DNA from: a virus
Length of the DNA stretch: 64,000 nt
IMG/VR virus record: IMGVR_UViG_3300008886_000001
Coordinates: 4,181 to 68,180 of that record
Direction: 5' to 3' (one strand)
The notes below the pieces were generated by a model, which was given only the letters and a program-made list of their open reading frames with translations, was not told the DNA's origin and made no database searches. The position numbers were made by a program, and so were the translations under genes. This document shows positions 1 through 9,989 of this stretch, one piece after another; position 1 is the stretch's first letter; every line of letters begins with the position of its first letter.

Positions 1-93
1 TCAGCGGGACGCTTGCAACCATCGACCCAGCCCGCGCGACGATGAGTTGCAGCGCTGGCTCTTGAGTCGGTAGCCGTGTCAATAGCCGATTCG

Positions 94-109
94 GTGTCCC
101 GAAGAAACT
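94..109 (+). promoter_or_regulatory. Putative late promoter GTGTCC-N4-GAAACT, leaderless (ATG 6 nt downstream)
   Basis: Same motif and spacing at 7 virion/packaging gene starts; no SD before ATG 116. Confidence 0.6.
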
Positions 110-115
110 TCGGGC

Positions 116-3100
116 ATGGGACGCAACACCACTTCCACCGCCGCTCCCGCGGACGGCGACGATCCGAAGAAAAAGAAGAATCTTCGCGCCAAAATCGCGG
201 GCCGGAGCCCCACGATTGGGTACCACCCGACCGGGTACGGGTGGTGGGGTTACGGCGCTGCGGCCCTCGACGGCGCGCCGATTTTTACGTGGATCGACAT
301 CCCGCGGATGTTGCGCGATCCGCAGGTGCGGTTCATCGAGCGGTTGTGGCGGGCGCCGTTCCAGAAGGTGAAGTGGACGGTCAAGGCGACCGACAAACGT
401 GTCGCGAACTTCGTTTCCAACACGCTGCGCCGGTTCTGGCGCCAGTCCCTCCCGCGACTCCTCTCGAAATACTGGCGGTTCGGTTTCGCGGCGGGCGGCG
501 CCGAGTTCATCCCGCACCGGGGCCGGCACCGGCTGAACACGGTCCGCGCGCTCGAGTGCCGCGACGTGCAACCGCGCGTGTGGGCGAACGGGGAGCGCCG
601 CGGGGCGTTCGCCGGGTTCACGCTCCGTTCGGCCGAGAGCTCCGAACCGATCTGGGTGGGCGAGCCGCACGCGATGTGGTTCGCGGGCTATCAGGAGTTG
701 GGCGAGTTCTACGATTCGGCCCCGCTCGGGGGCCTCTTCGAGCCGTGGCTCGAGAAGCGGGGCCGCAACGGTGCGGTCCACGCCCGACGGCTCTGGTTCC
801 GCAAGGGGGCCTGGCGCGGCAAGAAGATTTACTACCCGCCAGGGAAGACGAACGTCGGACCGGACGAATCGCCCGTCGAGCGCGACAACCAGGACATCGC
901 GCGCGAGTTGCTCGACTACGCCGAAGCGGGCGGAACATACGCGTTCGAGAACGTGGCCAATGCGGGCATGGAGGGCAAATACGATTGGGACATGGAGGAC
1001 GACGCCCCGCAGGCCGATATCGCGGGGTTCCGCGAGTACCCGCGCGATCTGGACATGGAAATGCTCGACGGGGCCGGCATCCCCCGCGAAGTGGTCCAGT
1101 CGTCGGAATCGGGCAGCGGGTACAACGGCCGGCTCCTCCCCTACCAGGGCTTCCTCGGGACGGTGGACGAACTGTCGGGCCTGATCGTCAACGCCTGTGA
1201 GCCCTGGCTCCGGGGCGCCGTGACGATCAATTTCGGGGCCTCGGTGTGGTACGAGATCCAGCTCCAGTCGCTCGAAGAACAGGCCGAGCAGGAGAACCTC
1301 CAGAACCAGAAGCGGTCGGGTGATCTGCCCGCTGCGGCGGCGAAGGGGATGGGGGCCAAACCGTTCCAGGCCAAGGGCACGAGCGCGGGCGGGGACATCC
1401 CGTTCGATCTCTCGACCACCGATTCGGAACTGCCGGTTCTCCGGACGCTCCTCAACCTCAATGCCAAGGTCGATCACCTCCTCTTCGGTAAGCCGCTCGA
1501 ACTGGCCGCCACGACGACGCCCGACGACGATCCGGGCGTTAAGCAAGCGGCGTTCCAGCAGGTGAACAAGAAGCTGATGCGGTCGCGCAAGTCCACGATC
1601 GCGCAGCTCCTCGCCCTGGCGATGATCCGCACCCAGCAGCGCGCGACGGCCGCGGGTAAACCCGAGGCCGCAGCGGGGAGCCTGGAGGCCCTCGCGAACC
1701 TGGCCGGCGACCCCGTGCAGGTGGCGCAGATCGTCGGGATGAAGGAACTGTCGGCCCTCGAACTGTCCTGGGAGCCGTTCACCGGCGCGAAGGGCGGTCA
1801 GGGCTGGTACAACACGGAAACCAACGAGAAGCGGTACCAGAAGACCAAGCCGGGCGAGCGGAAGGAGAAACAAGAGGCCAGCGAAAAGGCCGGGCTGGAG
1901 ATCATCGCCAAGGTCGCCAAGCGGCGCGCGACCCCGGAGGAGGTGGCCGAACTCGCCACTCACCTGCCGGTGATGCGGGGCCGGGAGCTGGTGAAGGCCC
2001 GCGCGGTGCTGGAGGCCAACCTCCGGGGTGAGCGGCAGAAGACGTTCATGGTCCAGCGGCTCCTCGACCACGTCGCGCGGTCGAAGGAGATCCGGGCGGC
2101 GGTCCCGAAGGAACTCAAGCTCCCCGACGAGGCGGCGGCCAAGAGCCGCGCCGCGAAGAAGTCGAAACTCGCCGGGACGGTCGCACAGTCGGTGATCGAC
2201 TTCGGCGGCATCGATCCCGACGATCACGCCTTCAGGACGGTTTACGGCAGCGTGAAGGAGGCGGTGCAGGATGGCGTGCCCCTCGCCGCGTTCCGCGACT
2301 CGAAGGGCCGGCGCGGGCACAGCGGACTCGACGCGCTGGCGGGCGAACTGCACCACTCCGGCCACATCCGGATTCCCGCCGGGAAGAGGCCGGAAGAGTT
2401 CGTGCTGGACCTGCTCAAAAAGGGAGCGAAGGCCCACGGCGAAGAGAGCGCGGCCGAACAGGACAAGAAGTACGAGGAGTACCTCAAGAACCGACACGGC
2501 CCGCAGGCCGACGAGAAGAAAACCACACCGGAACCGAAACTCAACAGCAAGGGGTACCCCGCCGATTGGGACGAACCCGCGGAAGTAAAAGGCGGCGCCG
2601 AACCCGCACCGGCCACCGAGTCGGCACGTACCGAAGAACCGCCCCCCGCGCCGGTGGCCAAGGAGATCGCGAAGGAAGTCGCCAAGCCCGCTCCGGCCAA
2701 GAAGCGGCCGAAGAACACTCCCGTTCACGTTGCCGAGACCGAGGCGAACGCACTCAAGGCTGCGGTGGCCTACAACGCCGTCGTCGAGGCGACCCGGGAC
2801 GGCGCCAGCCCCGAACAGGTGAAGAAACTCCACGACCGCGCCGCTGCGGCTGCGGACGGGGTGCCCGAGGACAAGCGGGGGCAGTTCCTCGCCCACCTCA
2901 CGAACGCGGCGGCCGGGAAGGGGAAACTTCTCCCGATCCCGAAGGCCCACGAGTCCGAACTCGAGGATGTGCAGCCGGACGAAGAACTGCCACCGGTCGA
3001 GGCCGCACCGGTTCCCGCGGCGACACGCGATGACGACGACGAAACGACCGAGGAACCGGTCGAAAAATCCACCCTGGAAATCAAAGCGGACGCGGCCCGG

Positions 3101-4300
3101 CGCGAGTGGCTCGGCGCCGTGGCGAAGAAGAAGCCCGCGGCGACGATCGCCCGGCTGAAGAAGCGGTCTGACGATCTCAAAACGGCCCTCAGTGGAACCG
3201 CCAAGTCGGCGGTCGCCGGCCTCCTCGACGACCCCGAAACTCAAGCTCTCCTGGCCAAACGGCGGGCGGCCAAATCGGTCGCACCGGCACCCGTTGCAGA
3301 ACCAGCCTCGAATGGCCCTCCCGCGCAAGCGACGGAACCGGAGGCGGCCAAACCCCAGTCGCCACCCAAACGGGAGCCGAAGAAGCCACCGAAAGAGAAG
3401 GCCGCGCCAAAACCCAAAGTGCCGAAGAAGGCCCCGTCGCTCGAACAAGCCGAGAGCGATCCCCACGCGGACCGGAACTACCTGGCTGCGGTCACCGCGC
3501 AGTACCCGGAAGATTCGGACGCGCGCGATTATCTCGACGCGGCGCTACACAACCTGCTCGAACCCGATGCCGACGAAAAGGCCGGTTCGGGAACGCGGCG
3601 GCGCGACACGCTTGACAACCTCGGCGCGCAGTGGCGCGCCGCGTTCAGGGCCGGCAAGGGCGAGGCCGCGGACTCGCTGGCGAAGGTGATCCACTCGTTC
3701 GGCGGCAAACTGAAGGGAGACCCCCGGAAGGTCACGCAGTTCGACGGGCGCCTGTTCGACGGACCGACCGGCGTTTTCACAAACGATCCCGTGGTGGTCG
3801 AACGCCCGGCGGTGGTGCTCACCGACCCAAAAACGGGGCACGAGTACGTTGCGGCGAAGGGCGCCGTGCGGAAAGCGTCGCTGGCAAAACCCGCGCCCGA
3901 AGTGGCCCCGGCTCCTTCCGCGCCACCGAGCGCGGGGTCGGACGAGGATCTCGACGCGGCGGCGGCCCGCGTGGAGGACGAAGCCCGGAAGGACCGCGGG
4001 TGGCGACAGTCGGGCGCGTACCGGATTGCCCTCCTCCGGGGCGAACTGAACAAGACCGGGGACCGCGCGCGGCACCTGGACCTGAACGGGATCGCGGACG
4101 CCCTGCGGAACTACGCCACGACGGAGAAGAACCTGGCCGATCCGGTCGGCGCGACCGTGGACCGGTTGGCCCGCGCGCTGACCGCCCGCATGTCGCCCGA
4201 ACAGAAGGGCGAACTGGTCAAAATTTACCGGCAACTGAACCGGTACAACGAGGACGGGTTCGCCCCGAGTGTCCGCGCGATCGAGCCGCCGGGGGACTGA
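116..4300 (+). CDS. Portal protein (DUF935/Mu gp29-like, about aa 1-430) fused to a long Lys/Ala/Pro-rich C-terminal cargo region
   Basis: N-terminal pattern IPRMLRDPQV...YYPPG...TINFG resembles DUF935 portals; remaining ~960 aa low-complexity with embedded globular segments. Confidence 0.7.
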   Translation: MGRNTTSTAAPADGDDPKKKKNLRAKIAGRSPTIGYHPTGYGWWGYGAAALDGAPIFTWIDIPRMLRDPQVRFIERLWRAPFQKVKWTVKATDKRVANFVSNTLRRFWRQSLPRLLSKYWRFGFAAGGAEFIPHRGRHRLNTVRALECRDVQPRVWANGERRGAFAGFTLRSAESSEPIWVGEPHAMWFAGYQELGEFYDSAPLGGLFEPWLEKRGRNGAVHARRLWFRKGAWRGKKIYYPPGKTNVGPDESPVERDNQDIARELLDYAEAGGTYAFENVANAGMEGKYDWDMEDDAPQADIAGFREYPRDLDMEMLDGAGIPREVVQSSESGSGYNGRLLPYQGFLGTVDELSGLIVNACEPWLRGAVTINFGASVWYEIQLQSLEEQAEQENLQNQKRSGDLPAAAAKGMGAKPFQAKGTSAGGDIPFDLSTTDSELPVLRTLLNLNAKVDHLLFGKPLELAATTTPDDDPGVKQAAFQQVNKKLMRSRKSTIAQLLALAMIRTQQRATAAGKPEAAAGSLEALANLAGDPVQVAQIVGMKELSALELSWEPFTGAKGGQGWYNTETNEKRYQKTKPGERKEKQEASEKAGLEIIAKVAKRRATPEEVAELATHLPVMRGRELVKARAVLEANLRGERQKTFMVQRLLDHVARSKEIRAAVPKELKLPDEAAAKSRAAKKSKLAGTVAQSVIDFGGIDPDDHAFRTVYGSVKEAVQDGVPLAAFRDSKGRRGHSGLDALAGELHHSGHIRIPAGKRPEEFVLDLLKKGAKAHGEESAAEQDKKYEEYLKNRHGPQADEKKTTPEPKLNSKGYPADWDEPAEVKGGAEPAPATESARTEEPPPAPVAKEIAKEVAKPAPAKKRPKNTPVHVAETEANALKAAVAYNAVVEATRDGASPEQVKKLHDRAAAAADGVPEDKRGQFLAHLTNAAAGKGKLLPIPKAHESELEDVQPDEELPPVEAAPVPAATRDDDDETTEEPVEKSTLEIKADAARREWLGAVAKKKPAATIARLKKRSDDLKTALSGTAKSAVAGLLDDPETQALLAKRRAAKSVAPAPVAEPASNGPPAQATEPEAAKPQSPPKREPKKPPKEKAAPKPKVPKKAPSLEQAESDPHADRNYLAAVTAQYPEDSDARDYLDAALHNLLEPDADEKAGSGTRRRDTLDNLGAQWRAAFRAGKGEAADSLAKVIHSFGGKLKGDPRKVTQFDGRLFDGPTGVFTNDPVVVERPAVVLTDPKTGHEYVAAKGAVRKASLAKPAPEVAPAPSAPPSAGSDEDLDAAAARVEDEARKDRGWRQSGAYRIALLRGELNKTGDRARHLDLNGIADALRNYATTEKNLADPVGATVDRLARALTARMSPEQKGELVKIYRQLNRYNEDGFAPSVRAIEPPGD

Positions 4301-4310
4301 GATCCGGCGG

Positions 4311-4325
4311 TGTCCGCCCTAATTT
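4311..4325 (+). promoter_or_regulatory. Putative late promoter TGTCC-N4-TAATTT, leaderless
   Basis: ATG 4332 is 6 nt after the -10-like hexamer; matches motif at 94-109. Confidence 0.6.
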
Positions 4326-4331
4326 CGGGGC

Positions 4332-6440
4332 ATGGCGACGTTCATCAACGGCACCGTTCCCTGCGCCGATCCCGCGACCCTGTACGCGGAATGTGTGGCG
4401 CAGGGGCTCCCCACGGAGCGGTGGAGGGGGAAGGGCAACTCGTTTCGTGTCGCCCCGGGCCGGGACCCGGGGCGCGGCTGGTTCTTGATGACATACGCCA
4501 ACCTGTTTGGCGACGGCACCTCCGCGAACCCCGGCCTCAACGCCGCCACGGACCTCGCTTTCACGTTCTCCGGCGAGGACGCCGACCACCTCCTGACCCT
4601 GTCCCCCGTCACTCTCTTAAACAGCGAGTGCGTCACTCCCGGTTCGGACTCGGACCCGAACTCGGTCTACCTGTGCGAGGTGGTGGACCGCCGGCACCAC
4701 CTCGAGCGCATCCCGTTCCCGGCGACGGACAACGGGTACCTGTCGTACAACCTGTCCACCGCGGACGGTTCGGCGTTCTTCTCGGCGTCGCTCAACGGCG
4801 GCAGCTCGCAGTGGACCTGGCAGGGCGTGGTGAACGATCTCGTCACCCAACTCGGCTTGAGCACGGCGCAGTTCACGCTGCCCTTCGCGCCGACGGGCAA
4901 CCCGGAGAACCTCGTGTTCAACGAGGACGGGCCGTGGGCGGCGCTGTGCGACGTGTGCGACCGCCTGGGCTGCGTGGTCGCCGCCTATCCGGTGAAGGAT
5001 ACGTTCGCGATCGTGCAACTCGGCGCGGCGAAGGACGGCCCGCTGAACGCGATCACGGACGACCGGATCTGGGACGGGTACCCGTCCGAAGAGGTGCGCG
5101 GCTGGCGCCCGGAGAAGGTGCGGGTGCGGTTCCCGCGCCGGCCCGTCGATACGTGGAACAACGGGAACTCGCCGTTTTACATCGTCGATGTGACCCTCCC
5201 GACGACGAGCGGGGTGGTTACCGGGACCGTCGTCCAACTCGACGACGGGTTCACCGCGCAGGGCGCGACCGGGACCCCGACCAACGCCTCCACGCTCGCG
5301 ACGATCGCCACCGAGCGGGCGAACAACTGGCTGCAAAAGCGACAGTTCTACGAACGGCCCGCGCTGCGGGTCTGGCGCGACTTCCAGACCGCCTGGCAAA
5401 CCGTCCTCGCTTATTCGGTGAACCGGGTCGTGCTCGACGATACCGGTGGCCTGATGCAAACGGTCGCAACCGCCGGGCCGGATCTGAAGCTGGAAAAGTG
5501 GAAGCCGCTGGGTCGCTGGCCGGTGTGGTGGCCGTTCGCGGCGAGTACATCGCCTCCACCCCCGCCACCACCTTCGGTCTGTAGCGGAGCCGAATGGCTC
5601 GCGGCACTCACCAAGAATGATTGCCTCGAAGTGAGCCTGAACGGCACCGATGCAGGATTCGCCCTTACGTCGAGTGACGGAACCACCTGGACGAGCCCCA
5701 CGCGCGAGACGTTGACGATCTGCGGCCACACGTATCTGCTCACGCTGACGCTCTCGGCGTGCGGGGTGCCGTGCTTGACACTGACCGGGGTGGGGAGCGG
5801 GTCCGCCAACTACACGGGCACGTTCGGCTGCGCCGCGTGCAACTACCTCGTCTTCGGGTTCCCCACGGTGTCGCTCTGCGGCAGCACCCCGGTCGCCGGC
5901 GGCCCGTGCAACAATCTCACCAAGATCCGCCTCGACTGGCTCTCCTGCACGCCGGACACGACCTGTACCGGGTTCAATTCCGTGACTGGTGCGATATCGT
6001 CGAACGTGTTCACGAACCTCCCGGTACCGGGGTACATCATCGCGGCGACGCCGGGCAGCAGCGCGGCACTGAACGCCGGGTTCGAGTTCATGTGGAACCA
6101 GAACGGCGGCGCCGCGTGGCTCCAGATGTCGAACATGTCGGGCAGTTTCTCCGCGACCAGTCCGGCCGGGTGCGGCCCCTACGGAAATATCCCGGTCAAC
6201 ATCGGGTGCTACACGAACACCGGTTCGCACCTCTACATCGAGTACGCCCCGGCGTACCTGTACGACTGTTCCGGATGCATCGGGTCGGGGGGCGCGCAGA
6301 TACTGCCGTTCTACACGAGCGCGTCCCCGTACACCGCAGCGTTCATGATCCCGTCTTCGTGGGTCGCCGCCGGCATTCCGTGTCACTCTGGCGGCGCGTC
6401 CGCCGAGATGTGCATTATCGTCTTCAACTACCAGGGCTGA
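4332..6440 (+). CDS. Putative virion (tail-associated) protein, Thr/Ser/Gly-rich, poly-Pro linker and Cys-rich C-terminus
   Basis: 702 aa ORF, composition typical of virion proteins, carries late-promoter motif; no family recognised. Confidence 0.5.
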   Translation: MATFINGTVPCADPATLYAECVAQGLPTERWRGKGNSFRVAPGRDPGRGWFLMTYANLFGDGTSANPGLNAATDLAFTFSGEDADHLLTLSPVTLLNSECVTPGSDSDPNSVYLCEVVDRRHHLERIPFPATDNGYLSYNLSTADGSAFFSASLNGGSSQWTWQGVVNDLVTQLGLSTAQFTLPFAPTGNPENLVFNEDGPWAALCDVCDRLGCVVAAYPVKDTFAIVQLGAAKDGPLNAITDDRIWDGYPSEEVRGWRPEKVRVRFPRRPVDTWNNGNSPFYIVDVTLPTTSGVVTGTVVQLDDGFTAQGATGTPTNASTLATIATERANNWLQKRQFYERPALRVWRDFQTAWQTVLAYSVNRVVLDDTGGLMQTVATAGPDLKLEKWKPLGRWPVWWPFAASTSPPPPPPPSVCSGAEWLAALTKNDCLEVSLNGTDAGFALTSSDGTTWTSPTRETLTICGHTYLLTLTLSACGVPCLTLTGVGSGSANYTGTFGCAACNYLVFGFPTVSLCGSTPVAGGPCNNLTKIRLDWLSCTPDTTCTGFNSVTGAISSNVFTNLPVPGYIIAATPGSSAALNAGFEFMWNQNGGAAWLQMSNMSGSFSATSPAGCGPYGNIPVNIGCYTNTGSHLYIEYAPAYLYDCSGCIGSGGAQILPFYTSASPYTAAFMIPSSWVAAGIPCHSGGASAEMCIIVFNYQG

Positions 6441-7672
6441 TGAACACGACTCACCTGCGCTGCAAGTGCGGCGGCACGAAACCCGGCTGTACGACGTGCG
6501 CGATCTTCCGCGCCGCTCACCGTGTGTTGCCACAGGCGTCCCCACCCGGTCGGGTCTCGCTGCCGGACCTGCGTCCGTGCCAGCGACTCGGTCCGCGGGT
6601 GCCTGGCGGTTCGTGCGGGTCACCTCTGTTGATGTGCGAGTTGCACAGAGACGTTACGACACGCATCACCTCTTGCAGCAGCGCGGCCCGTTGCTGTCGT
6701 GAGTGCCCGGATAAGGTTCTCGACGGCGTTGATCCGCTCATTCTGGAGTCTGACCGGTTCGCTCGCTCGATCCCGCCGTATCCCGCGGACCGGTACTCCG
6801 GCCGCGGGGTCGTGATCGTCGGCGGGGGCAAATACTGGCCCTCGGTGTGGGTCACGGTGCGGATGCTGCGCGACATCGGCTGCACGCTGCCCGTCCAGGT
6901 CTGGCACCTCGGGCCGGCCGAGGCGAACGACTGGATCGCCCACCTCCTGTCCGGCTTCGACGTTGACGTGATAGACGCGTTGGCCCATCCGGAAGCGGCC
7001 AAAACGCGCGGACTCACTGGCTTCATCGACACGACCGCACGCCACGGATCCGGCTCACTGCACCCGCCGTTCCAGGTGAAGAGTTTTGCGGCACTGCATA
7101 GTCCGTTCAAGGAGGTTCTGGTACTCGATGCGGACAATTACCCGTGCGCTGACCCCACGGTGCTGTTCGACGAACCGCGCTACCTCCAGACCGGCGCCGT
7201 GTTCTGGCCGGACCGTGCCGAGACGGCCGAATGGACGCGCTGGGCGGATTGGGGCGTCAAGCCGTTCGGTCCGCACGTCGGTCTGGAGGTCGGGCAATAC
7301 CTCGTGAACAAAGCGAAGGTGTGGGAACCACTCAGCCTGATGCGCTGGTACGACGACCGCGGCGACTGGTGCTACGGCTGGGGGCGCCACCACGACCACG
7401 GCGACAAGGGACCGCCCCGGGTGGCGTGGGCCAAGTTCCGGCGCGAATACACGATGTACGCCACCCACTGCAATTGGGACCATGTGGCGTTCGTCCAGCC
7501 CGGTCCGGACGGCGTGTCGCCCATGTTCATCCACCGGTGCCAGTCGAAGTTCGTTCTCGACGAAACCGCGTTCGATTCCACGCCCCAGCTCCGGCCGAAC
7601 ATGCGGTTGGGGTTCGCGGGCGAAGAGACCGCGTTCGGCTTCCTCGACGAACTCCGGAGGCTGTTGACGTGA
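6440..7672 (+). CDS. Glycosyltransferase, GT71/Mannosyl_trans3 (MNN2/MNN5-like) with Cys-rich N-terminal domain
   Basis: GRGVVIVGGGKY...LPVQVWHLG...KSFAALHSPFKEVLVLDADNYP...TGAVFWPD; ATG overlaps upstream TGA (ATGA). Confidence 0.8.
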   Translation: MNTTHLRCKCGGTKPGCTTCAIFRAAHRVLPQASPPGRVSLPDLRPCQRLGPRVPGGSCGSPLLMCELHRDVTTRITSCSSAARCCRECPDKVLDGVDPLILESDRFARSIPPYPADRYSGRGVVIVGGGKYWPSVWVTVRMLRDIGCTLPVQVWHLGPAEANDWIAHLLSGFDVDVIDALAHPEAAKTRGLTGFIDTTARHGSGSLHPPFQVKSFAALHSPFKEVLVLDADNYPCADPTVLFDEPRYLQTGAVFWPDRAETAEWTRWADWGVKPFGPHVGLEVGQYLVNKAKVWEPLSLMRWYDDRGDWCYGWGRHHDHGDKGPPRVAWAKFRREYTMYATHCNWDHVAFVQPGPDGVSPMFIHRCQSKFVLDETAFDSTPQLRPNMRLGFAGEETAFGFLDELRRLLT

Positions 7673-8223
7673 TTTCCCTACTGGTGATCGCCTGCAACGA
7701 AGAGTACCGCCTCGCGGGCTGCATCGAGTCGTGCCGCCCCGCGGTCGATGAGGTGGTTGTCGTCGTGCAGGAGTCACAGGACCGGACGCTTGAGATCGCG
7801 CTGCGCTGCGCCGATGTGGTTGTGCCGGACCGATGCCACGGGATCAGCGAGCCGAGCCGGGCGCTCGGGTTGTCCCACTGCTCCGGTGAGTGGGTGCTGA
7901 GCCTGGACGCCGACGAGGCCCTGACGCACCATGCCCGCGACCACATCGGGGCGCTGTGCGAAATGGATCTGGCGGATGTGTACCTGCTGCCGCATACCAC
8001 GACGATCGGTGGTCAGGTGTTCGAGCGAACGGCCCGGCCGCGACTGTTCCGGCGGGACTGGGTCGATTGTCCGGTGGAGATCCACAGTGTGTTCGCAGCT
8101 CGATCCGGCGCCCGGGTCACCACGGCTCGCGGGCGGGACTGGATCGAACACCGCAAATCGTGGGACGAACAGCACCTCGATGATGCGCGGTACGCCCGCG
8201 TCACATCAGTGACCGCAACGTGA
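7669..8223 (+). CDS. Glycosyltransferase family 2
   Basis: ISLLVIACNEE...SQDRTLEIA...GEWVLSLDADE (DxD); GTG overlaps upstream stop. Confidence 0.85.
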   Translation: MISLLVIACNEEYRLAGCIESCRPAVDEVVVVVQESQDRTLEIALRCADVVVPDRCHGISEPSRALGLSHCSGEWVLSLDADEALTHHARDHIGALCEMDLADVYLLPHTTTIGGQVFERTARPRLFRRDWVDCPVEIHSVFAARSGARVTTARGRDWIEHRKSWDEQHLDDARYARVTSVTAT

Positions 8224-8237
8224 CTCGGGGCGCAGAG

Positions 8238-8266
8238 TTGCGTTGACCCCCAAATCTCGCTATCCT
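8238..8266 (+). promoter_or_regulatory. Sigma70-like promoter for the moron gene
   Basis: TTGCGT-17 nt-TATCCT upstream of 8353. Confidence 0.4.
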
Positions 8267-8352
8267 CGGGCCGAAGGAAAGAGCGGGCCTACCGCGTGCA
8301 TCGACCGCCGACCGATTAGGTCCGGCGGTTCATCAGGTTGTTGTGGTGCAAC

Positions 8353-9018
8353 ATGCCGTTCGTGACGTGCCCGAAGTGTGAAGTCGAATCAATGGCGCCT
8401 CGCGCGCTGATCGGCCTCAACTGGAACTGCCCGAATTGCGGCGCGCAGGTGTTTGTGGCCGAAGAAGGTGCGGCGCCAGCGTACCGGCGCCGCAGGCGGT
8501 CGCATTTTCCGTGGCTCGCGATGAGCGTCGTTGGTGTGCTCGTGCTGATGGGGGGCGGCGGGATCGTGCTCGCGCTCAAGAAGGCCGGCGCGCCGCCCGT
8601 GAAGTCGCAGAAGGAACCCGCGGTTCCGGCCGACTCGAAGACCGCTCACGAGGACGACCCAGGCGAGCAATTACGTGCGCGGGTCGTCGATCACTACCGC
8701 ACCCAGGTCATCTTTGCGATCGGCGTCTGTCTGATCTTCGAAATTGGAACCGTGGGAACGGTGTGCGCTCTTCGGGCACGACCGGCCGATCCGTTCCGCA
8801 CGGGCTTGCTGTGGGGCTGCTCCGGAGGTGCCGTGCTGGGGTTGTTGGGGTTCGTGCTGAGTCAGTTCGCGCCGATTTCTGGCGGCATCATGGAAACCTA
8901 CTTCGCGCAACCGTTCTCGATCGCGCGCCTGCTGACGATGCCGGCCCACGTACTCGGTTTCGGGGCCGTCGGGGTCGTAATTGGCGGAGTCGCGGGCGTC
9001 CTGAAGGCCAAATCGTGA
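8353..9018 (+). CDS. Zn-ribbon membrane protein (moron-like)
   Basis: CPKC...CPNC N-terminus then 4 hydrophobic segments. Confidence 0.7.
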   Translation: MPFVTCPKCEVESMAPRALIGLNWNCPNCGAQVFVAEEGAAPAYRRRRRSHFPWLAMSVVGVLVLMGGGGIVLALKKAGAPPVKSQKEPAVPADSKTAHEDDPGEQLRARVVDHYRTQVIFAIGVCLIFEIGTVGTVCALRARPADPFRTGLLWGCSGGAVLGLLGFVLSQFAPISGGIMETYFAQPFSIARLLTMPAHVLGFGAVGVVIGGVAGVLKAKS

Positions 9019-9040
9019 CGCCCTCGTAGAGCGTCTCTCG

Positions 9041-9979
9041 TTATCTTTCTGGCGGCCGGACCACGCCGAGGGCCGGCACCGGGCCGGGCGCCGGTGGCCC
9101 CTTGAAGTCCCGGAGCGCCTTGAGCCAGTCGCCGAGCACATCTATCTTCCCGCCGCCCGCAAGAATGTCCCGGATCTCGCGGCCGACTTTGGCGATTTCG
9201 TCGCCGCGGGCCAAAATCAACGGGACGAGGATCGGAAACGCGATGGCCACCTTGTCGGCATTTTCGACTAGTGCCAGTATCCCTTTGAGCCCCAATTCGA
9301 GGGTCGTGTTCAACTTACCGAGTAGGAATTCTTGGATCGGTCTCGCGATCGCCGCGAACGTCGCTTCCGCCTTGGCCTGGTTCTCGATGAGTTTCGCCAG
9401 TTGCGGCCCGAGCACATCGGCGTCGCGCTTGTCGCTGCGGAATCGCGACACGTCGGCTGCGGCCGACGCATAGGCCAACTGGCCGTTGAACGCGGCCAAC
9501 TCCCGGCCGCGGGCCGTGAAAGCGCCGACCGTCTCCGTGAACGCCTTGACCGCCAGGGCGCTGGCCCCGAGCGCGGCCCCCGCAACGATACCCGCCGGCC
9601 CGAGGGCCATGAGCGCGCGTGACGCCCCGCCGGCCGCCGCAGAGAACGAGGCCACCCCGCGGTTCTGCGCGAGAGTCGAAGCGGTCTGCCCGGCCACTTC
9701 CGCCGTCTGGCCGACCACCCGCGCCGCTCTGGCCGCCCACGGGGGCTTGGGGGTCTTCGCCTTCGGTGCCGGCACCCCGCCCGGCGCCTTCCCGCCATCG
9801 ATCGTCACCCGGATCGGGACCGGTCCCATGATCACAACGGGGATGGGGCGGTCGAACGCGACCACCGATGACGCGACCGGTGGCGGGGCGGGCGCGGGCG
9901 CCCCGGACGGCGCCGGGGCCGGCGCGGGAGCCGCTCCCGCGCCGGGGTCGTCGATCTCGAGCGTTATTGTTGCGGCCAC
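9041..9979 (-). CDS. Short tape measure protein
   Basis: Ala/Gly/Leu-rich helical protein directly downstream of the frameshifting chaperone pair. Confidence 0.6.
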   Translation of the reverse strand: MAATITLEIDDPGAGAAPAPAPAPSGAPAPAPPPVASSVVAFDRPIPVVIMGPVPIRVTIDGGKAPGGVPAPKAKTPKPPWAARAARVVGQTAEVAGQTASTLAQNRGVASFSAAAGGASRALMALGPAGIVAGAALGASALAVKAFTETVGAFTARGRELAAFNGQLAYASAAADVSRFRSDKRDADVLGPQLAKLIENQAKAEATFAAIARPIQEFLLGKLNTTLELGLKGILALVENADKVAIAFPILVPLILARGDEIAKVGREIRDILAGGGKIDVLGDWLKALRDFKGPPAPGPVPALGVVRPPER

Positions 9980-9989
9980 ACGGCCCCCT

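Noticed and set aside
1-115. Left att site
   Set aside because: No copy of the tRNA-Pro 3' end was seen in the window; the prophage extends further left
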